Below, piece by piece: positions 59,318 through 64,000 of a DNA stretch of 64,000 nt; position 1 is the first letter of the stretch; each line of letters begins with the position of its first letter. The notes under the pieces were generated by a model, which searched no databases, had not been told where the DNA came from, and was given only the letters and a program-made list of their open reading frames with translations. Made by a program: the position numbers and the translations under genes. Source of the DNA: an uncultured Candidatus Saccharibacteria bacterium (GTDB lineage: Bacteria > Patescibacteriota > UBA1384 > XYA2-FULL-43-10 > 1-14-0-10-43-13); contig CAYOQP010000001.1 of the NCBI GenBank assembly GCA_964406145.1, positions 7,706-71,705 on the forward strand, given 5' to 3'.

Positions 59318-60564
59318 TTTCTTAATCCTTCAACAATTCGATCGAGCACTCCATCAACGACACCTTCGCTACCGGCTAAATCAATGGCTAAATTAGCTAA
59401 GGCCATAGGGGTAATGTCCTGAGAACCCTTCAATTTCCCTGTCTCATCGATAATTGAAGTCACCTGTTTTGGCTTGATAAAATCAACTTTCGGCTGTTTA
59501 GCAAATGGTAGATTTTTCGTCCATGAGCGCTTCTCGAGATAATCTTTGATCTCAGGAAGCAATGAGCCGCCGCCGCACAGCAATATCTTCGATGGCAAAA
59601 GCTCAACATTCGAGAAATCCTCTAAGGCCAATTCTACTCCGGAGAGCCAGACTTCACAATCGTTTTCAATTGCCTTCCTGATCTTGCTTCCAATCTCTGA
59701 ATCTTTCTCTATCTTACCCGCAGAATAGTCAAGTTTTAACTGTTCAGCATCAGCAAAAGGCTTGTCAAATGCATCAGCAATAGACTTAGTAAACACTCGT
59801 CCGCCGATCGCGAACATCTTTGTCCCCTCGACTCCTCCGGCTCGGACAACAGCAATGTCGGTCGTACCGCCACCGATATCAACAAAAATTGAGGAAAATT
59901 CAGAAGAATCCTCGAGACCAACACAGCGCGCAACAGCATATGGCTCAGCGGCAATGGAGAGTAAGTCTAGTTGCAAGTCCTCAGCAATAGTTTGCAAAGC
60001 ACCAAGATGAACGATTGGGGCAAAAGCATTGAATATTCCGACCTGAACATCGCGACCCTGAAAACCGACTGGATTTGTGATCTTGTAGCCGTCTATTCTG
60101 ACATCAACAACAGCAGAATTTACCAATCTGACGTCAAGCTCAGCCTGACCAGTTTCCCAAGCCAATTCACTTCTAGTGCGGTCGAAGGCGCGCTCTTGGA
60201 CTTGTTCGATAATATCTTTGAGCTCCTTAACAGTTATTTTTTCTTTTGATTCTTCGCGCTTGTAGTGAATGACGGTTGTTGTGCCTTTAACAAGCTCACC
60301 GGCAATACCAATAACACACTGACGTGGTGCTACTTTGGCTTCTTCAAAAGCCTGCGCCAGAGCTTTTTCGCAATTTTTGATCACACCAGAAATGTCAGTG
60401 ACTCGTCCGCCTTGCATATCAGAGAGCTGCTGCTTCTGGCGACCGACACCGATGACATGAGCGACGTCATCATCAATACGAAAAACCAGCACTTTGACAA
60501 ATTCAGTCCCGATGTCCAGTGCGATTGCATAGTTTTTCTTATTCTTTATTCCAAAAAGTCCCAC
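59314..60564 (-). CDS. FtsA-like actin/HSP70-fold ATPase outside a dcw cluster
   Basis: IALDIGTEFVK, AEPYA, VDIGGGTTDIA, LCGGGSLL. Confidence 0.85.
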   Translation of the reverse strand: MGLFGIKNKKNYAIALDIGTEFVKVLVFRIDDDVAHVIGVGRQKQQLSDMQGGRVTDISGVIKNCEKALAQAFEEAKVAPRQCVIGIAGELVKGTTTVIHYKREESKEKITVKELKDIIEQVQERAFDRTRSELAWETGQAELDVRLVNSAVVDVRIDGYKITNPVGFQGRDVQVGIFNAFAPIVHLGALQTIAEDLQLDLLSIAAEPYAVARCVGLEDSSEFSSIFVDIGGGTTDIAVVRAGGVEGTKMFAIGGRVFTKSIADAFDKPFADAEQLKLDYSAGKIEKDSEIGSKIRKAIENDCEVWLSGVELALEDFSNVELLPSKILLCGGGSLLPEIKDYLEKRSWTKNLPFAKQPKVDFIKPKQVTSIIDETGKLKGSQDITPMALANLAIDLAGSEGVVDGVLDRIVEGLRK

Positions 60565-60623
60565 AAAAATCCCTCGCTTATAGGTATAGGACTATTATAT
60601 CAAATGAAAAAATTAATGCCAAT

Positions 60624-60656
60624 AAAAACGGGAAGGCGGCCCGTCATGGGCCGCCT
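60624..60656 (-). terminator. Terminator after cdsA
   Basis: GGCGGCCC-N5-GGGCCGCC followed by TTCCCGTTTT on the minus strand. Confidence 0.65.
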
Positions 60657-61473
60657 AGAATCCGATCAAGCGGAAGAGAAGGTAAGCAACAGGAGCAGCA
60701 TAGATCATGCTGTCCAGTCTATCAAGCATTCCGCCATGGCCGGGGAAAATCCCTCCGGAATCCTTTTTGTGAAGATTCCGCTTCAGGAGCGATTCGACCA
60801 AGTCTCCGACCTGGCCAAAGACTCCAACGACTGGGCCCAATAGGACCAAAGTCGCTTTGTGTAGTAAGATGGCAAACACTGCCGCCATCAAGATCGCCGC
60901 TACGAAGCCAGCAACACAGCCGCCCACGGTCTTGCCAGCACTGATGTCTGGGCAAAGCTTGGCAGTCTGCAGTTTCCTGCCGATCAGGTAAGCGAAGATG
61001 TCTGTCGCCCAGATCGTAAAGAAAAAGGCGACCACGAGCATTGAGCCCGTACCGGTCTGAAAACCGAAGACAATACTCTCGCCCGGAATGGCACGGATTG
61101 CGGCGATAAAGCTCGGCAGTAATCCGATATACAGAACTAGCCTGACAGGATTGTCGGCCTTTAGGGCCAACTTACCCAGTACCAGTTCACCCCCAAGAGC
61201 CATCATAGTCACCAAAGCCGACAGGACAAGAACCACTTCGAAGCCACCAGTGATACAGGCATAACTAGTTGCATAAGCCGCAACGACAGTTATGACCGAG
61301 AACAACTTGATCGTCTCCGATTGACCTGCCATGTCGCAGTACTCGCTCACCATCATGACGACAGTGATGGCTATAAGAGCCAGAAAGAAATCTTGGTTAC
61401 CCAAGAATATTGATGCCACAGTTAGGGGGATCCCGATAACTGTGACGACTAATCTTGCCAGAAAAGTCTTCAT
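60655..61473 (-). CDS. cdsA: Phosphatidate cytidylyltransferase, GC-shifted islet
   Basis: WATDIFAY, ISAGKT, GDLVESLLKR, KDSGGIFPGHGGMLDRLDS. Confidence 0.93.
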   Translation of the reverse strand: MKTFLARLVVTVIGIPLTVASIFLGNQDFFLALIAITVVMMVSEYCDMAGQSETIKLFSVITVVAAYATSYACITGGFEVVLVLSALVTMMALGGELVLGKLALKADNPVRLVLYIGLLPSFIAAIRAIPGESIVFGFQTGTGSMLVVAFFFTIWATDIFAYLIGRKLQTAKLCPDISAGKTVGGCVAGFVAAILMAAVFAILLHKATLVLLGPVVGVFGQVGDLVESLLKRNLHKKDSGGIFPGHGGMLDRLDSMIYAAPVAYLLFRLIGF

Positions 61474-61543
61474 GGGGAAGACCCCTTGGACAGCGTGCCA
61501 TCCTAGTCACGACTTACGTCGGTGTCGTTGTTAGCGACACTGT

Positions 61544-61572
61544 ATAGTACAATAATTTGTTAATTTAGTCAA
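61544..61572 (-). promoter_or_regulatory. Sigma70 promoter of cdsA
   Basis: TTGACT-N17-TACTAT on the minus strand. Confidence 0.6.
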
Positions 61573-61619
61573 CTAAAAAAGCCATCAGGAAATGACTTTG
61601 TCGCATTCTCAACTGGTGA

Positions 61620-63308
61620 CTATTTCAAAACTGCTTTGATTCTTCTGACACCAGAAGACGAGCTCTCTTCCTTTTGAATTTTGAACTCACCGAGATCACT
61701 CGTGCGAATCACATGAGGTCCACCACAAATTTCTTTGGAAAAATTTCCTATCGTATAGACTCTGACTTTGTCGCCATATTTAGACTCGAAGACTCCCATC
61801 GCACCAGATTTCTTGGCCTCTTCGAGGGTCATTTCCATCATCTCCACAGGCAAATCTTCTTGTATTTTTTCATTAACAATTTTCTCAACTTTTTCGATCT
61901 GCTCAGATGTCAGCTTCTCCGGATATGAGAAGTCGAACCGCATTCTCTCGGCCGTAATATTCGAGCCTTTTTGGAAGACTTCGCCACCTAGCACCTCTCG
62001 AAGAGCCGCTAGAAGCAAGTGAGTCGCAGTATGATATTTGGTCGTCGCTTCGCCAGCCTCGGCCAATCCCCCCTTAAACATGCCTGCAGATGCCGTGCGA
62101 GAAAGCTCTTGATGCTTTTTGAATAATTCTTCATAGTCAGAAACGGCATTAACCTCCAGTTGAGACTTGAGCCGACCGATCTCTTCAAGCGATATCTCCG
62201 AAGGAATGCCAAATGACTGATATAGGTCGAAAAGATCCTTGCCCGAAACATGTGCTTTTGATTCCAAAATTTTCAGACCATCTTTCAGGGTTTTGCGAAA
62301 CTTTTCTTCCTCTTTATCAAGTTCGGAAATAACTAATTCGTCGTTAAATTCATAAACACCTTTATAGGTTTCAAAATATTCACGAGCCAAGATACTTGTG
62401 AAATTTTGTGAAATTCCAATCTGCTGACCCTTGACGATCGCTCGACGGATCAGTCGGCGCAAGACATAGCCCTTGTCTTTGTTGGCCGGGACAACGCCAT
62501 CATTGATAATAAATACGGCAGCCCTAATATGATCAAGAATAATGCGCTCAGCAGATATATCTTCTTTCTGCAACAATTCATGTAATTTCGAGTGAGCCTT
62601 GGCAAATAATTCTGTGTGATAGACGCTATCAAGCGGCTCGCCGGCATAGCAAAGCAATCGCTCTAGACCCATCCCGGTATCAACTCCCTGCTGTTCCGAG
62701 GACTCAAACTTCCCTGCTTTGAATATATATTCGTTGAAGACTAAGTTCCAAACCTCGACATCGTCAATGTAGAATTCGACTGTTGGTCCGCCAGGAGAAT
62801 TTTCCGTACCAAGTGACCAAAAATTGTCGTCAAAACCCTGTGGTACGACTTTACTTAGACCATCGATGCTTTCAAGGATTTTAAGTGATTCTTCATCCTT
62901 AGGCACTCCCCGCTCTCCGAAAAAATATGTAGCGTAGATGCGGCTTTTTTCTATTTTTAAAACTTCTGTTAAGAACTCCCAAGCCAAAAATATTGCCTCT
63001 TTTTTGAAATATGAACCATCATTTTTAGGATAACCAAAGGAAAAATTACCCAGCATTTCGAAAAATGTACAGTGTGTTTTGTCGCCGACTTCATCGATAT
63101 CGCCAGTCCGGACACATTTCTGACAGGTCGTGACTCTCGACTTTGGCGCCTCAGCTGGATTGGCATAGTAGTTTTTAAATTGTTGCATCCCAGCCGTGTT
63201 GAATAACACGGTTGGATCAGTTTCCAATGGCACCAAAGAAGCAGAAGGAAGCACCAAGTGCCCCTTCTCTTTGAAAAAATCAATAAATTGTTGCCTCAAA
63301 TCCATCAC
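61620..63308 (-). CDS. alaS: Alanine--tRNA ligase, truncated form without the C-Ala domain
   Basis: FNTAGMQQF, FEMLGNFS, DTGMGLER, HTATHLL, EICGGPH, ends GVRRIKAVLK. Confidence 0.95.
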   Translation of the reverse strand: MMDLRQQFIDFFKEKGHLVLPSASLVPLETDPTVLFNTAGMQQFKNYYANPAEAPKSRVTTCQKCVRTGDIDEVGDKTHCTFFEMLGNFSFGYPKNDGSYFKKEAIFLAWEFLTEVLKIEKSRIYATYFFGERGVPKDEESLKILESIDGLSKVVPQGFDDNFWSLGTENSPGGPTVEFYIDDVEVWNLVFNEYIFKAGKFESSEQQGVDTGMGLERLLCYAGEPLDSVYHTELFAKAHSKLHELLQKEDISAERIILDHIRAAVFIINDGVVPANKDKGYVLRRLIRRAIVKGQQIGISQNFTSILAREYFETYKGVYEFNDELVISELDKEEEKFRKTLKDGLKILESKAHVSGKDLFDLYQSFGIPSEISLEEIGRLKSQLEVNAVSDYEELFKKHQELSRTASAGMFKGGLAEAGEATTKYHTATHLLLAALREVLGGEVFQKGSNITAERMRFDFSYPEKLTSEQIEKVEKIVNEKIQEDLPVEMMEMTLEEAKKSGAMGVFESKYGDKVRVYTIGNFSKEICGGPHVIRTSDLGEFKIQKEESSSSGVRRIKAVLK

Positions 63309-63988
63309 TATTTTTGACCCGAACTAAAGATATTTTGAAAAATTTGAACCCAGACGAATCCTCTAACTCGAGCATCCTCTTCTTCCTTCGGTGTTTCTCG
63401 AAGCTCGGAGCTGACATCTTTCTTTAGACCAAGCTCCTCACCGTACATCTCAGTGTAAACTCTTTGATAATTCTTGACTTTACGAACATAGGTCACAGTT
63501 TCACTCTTTGAATTGGAATTTATAACTCGATCGAAAATGTTTTGCCTAACCCAGCTATCGACAGTACCAGTGCCAGCATTATATCCAGCCAGTGCTTGAT
63601 CAACATCACCATTATATTTCAACAGCAAGTCTCGTATATGAGCAGCACCAAAATCTATCGAGGTTTCAGCATCAAAGATATCATAATTGGGATATCTTCC
63701 AGTCTCCTTCGCCATCGTCTTAGCCGTGCCAGGCATAAATTGCATCAAACCCTGAGCACCCGCACTTGATTTAGCGTTCGGATTAAAACGACTCTCCTGA
63801 AGAATAACGGCGGCAACCAAAGCCGGATCAACGTCGTACTTTGTGCTATATTTAACTATCAGATCAGCATATTTCAAAGGATAGACTTCATCGGCAAACA
63901 TTTTTGGTATCAGAAAGTACGCAGTCAACATAACTAAAATGACGACCGAAAAAACAGTAAAAATTAACTTCTTCTTTCTATTTGCCAT
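63308..63988 (-). CDS. Lytic transglycosylase (SLT domain) with N-terminal anchor
   Basis: AVILQES.F, GAQGLMQFMP, ALAGYNAG, ETVTYV. Confidence 0.93.
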   Translation of the reverse strand: MANRKKKLIFTVFSVVILVMLTAYFLIPKMFADEVYPLKYADLIVKYSTKYDVDPALVAAVILQESRFNPNAKSSAGAQGLMQFMPGTAKTMAKETGRYPNYDIFDAETSIDFGAAHIRDLLLKYNGDVDQALAGYNAGTGTVDSWVRQNIFDRVINSNSKSETVTYVRKVKNYQRVYTEMYGEELGLKKDVSSELRETPKEEEDARVRGFVWVQIFQNIFSSGQK

Positions 63989-64000
63989 GTTATCTCTTGC

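Noticed and set aside
60265-60944. Plus-strand ORFs of 192 and 141 aa
   Set aside because: Antisense to the FtsA-like gene and cdsA, both with clear motifs

Overview
Gene-dense, mostly AT-rich bacterial chromosome segment. It most likely belongs to a Patescibacteria/CPR organism (possibly Berkelbacteria-like); this is inferred from streamlined AlaRS/ProRS/UvrC, fermentative glycolysis and a group 3b [NiFe] hydrogenase. The backbone is mostly on the minus strand: glycolysis (tpiA, gap, pgk, fba, gpmI), translation (rpsB-tsf-pyrH-frr, proS, rpmE, prfA-prmC, gatCAB, serS, lysS, alaS, hpf), ligA, uvrC, greA, secA and envelope genes (ftsEX, ctpA, lemA-htpX, mreBCD-mrdA, mltG, slt). A four-subunit sulfhydrogenase-type hydrogenase sits inside the glycolysis cluster, and hypC directly abuts gap. 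Several GC-shifted single-gene islets interrupt the backbone. The most novel-looking items are: (i) a TrpR/YerC-led locus with a palindromic operator array, a CntK/DapF-like racemase and an orphan with class-Ic aaRS/CDPS-like features; (ii) a leaderless 21-aa leader peptide with alternative terminator/antiterminator pairings upstream of an orphan gene; (iii) an FtsA-like actin coupled to a membrane-anchored baseplate-J-like protein; (iv) FtsEX paired with a coiled-coil C39-like peptidase. I saw no rRNA, tRNA, CRISPR array or transposase. All family calls come from motif recognition by eye, not from database searches.
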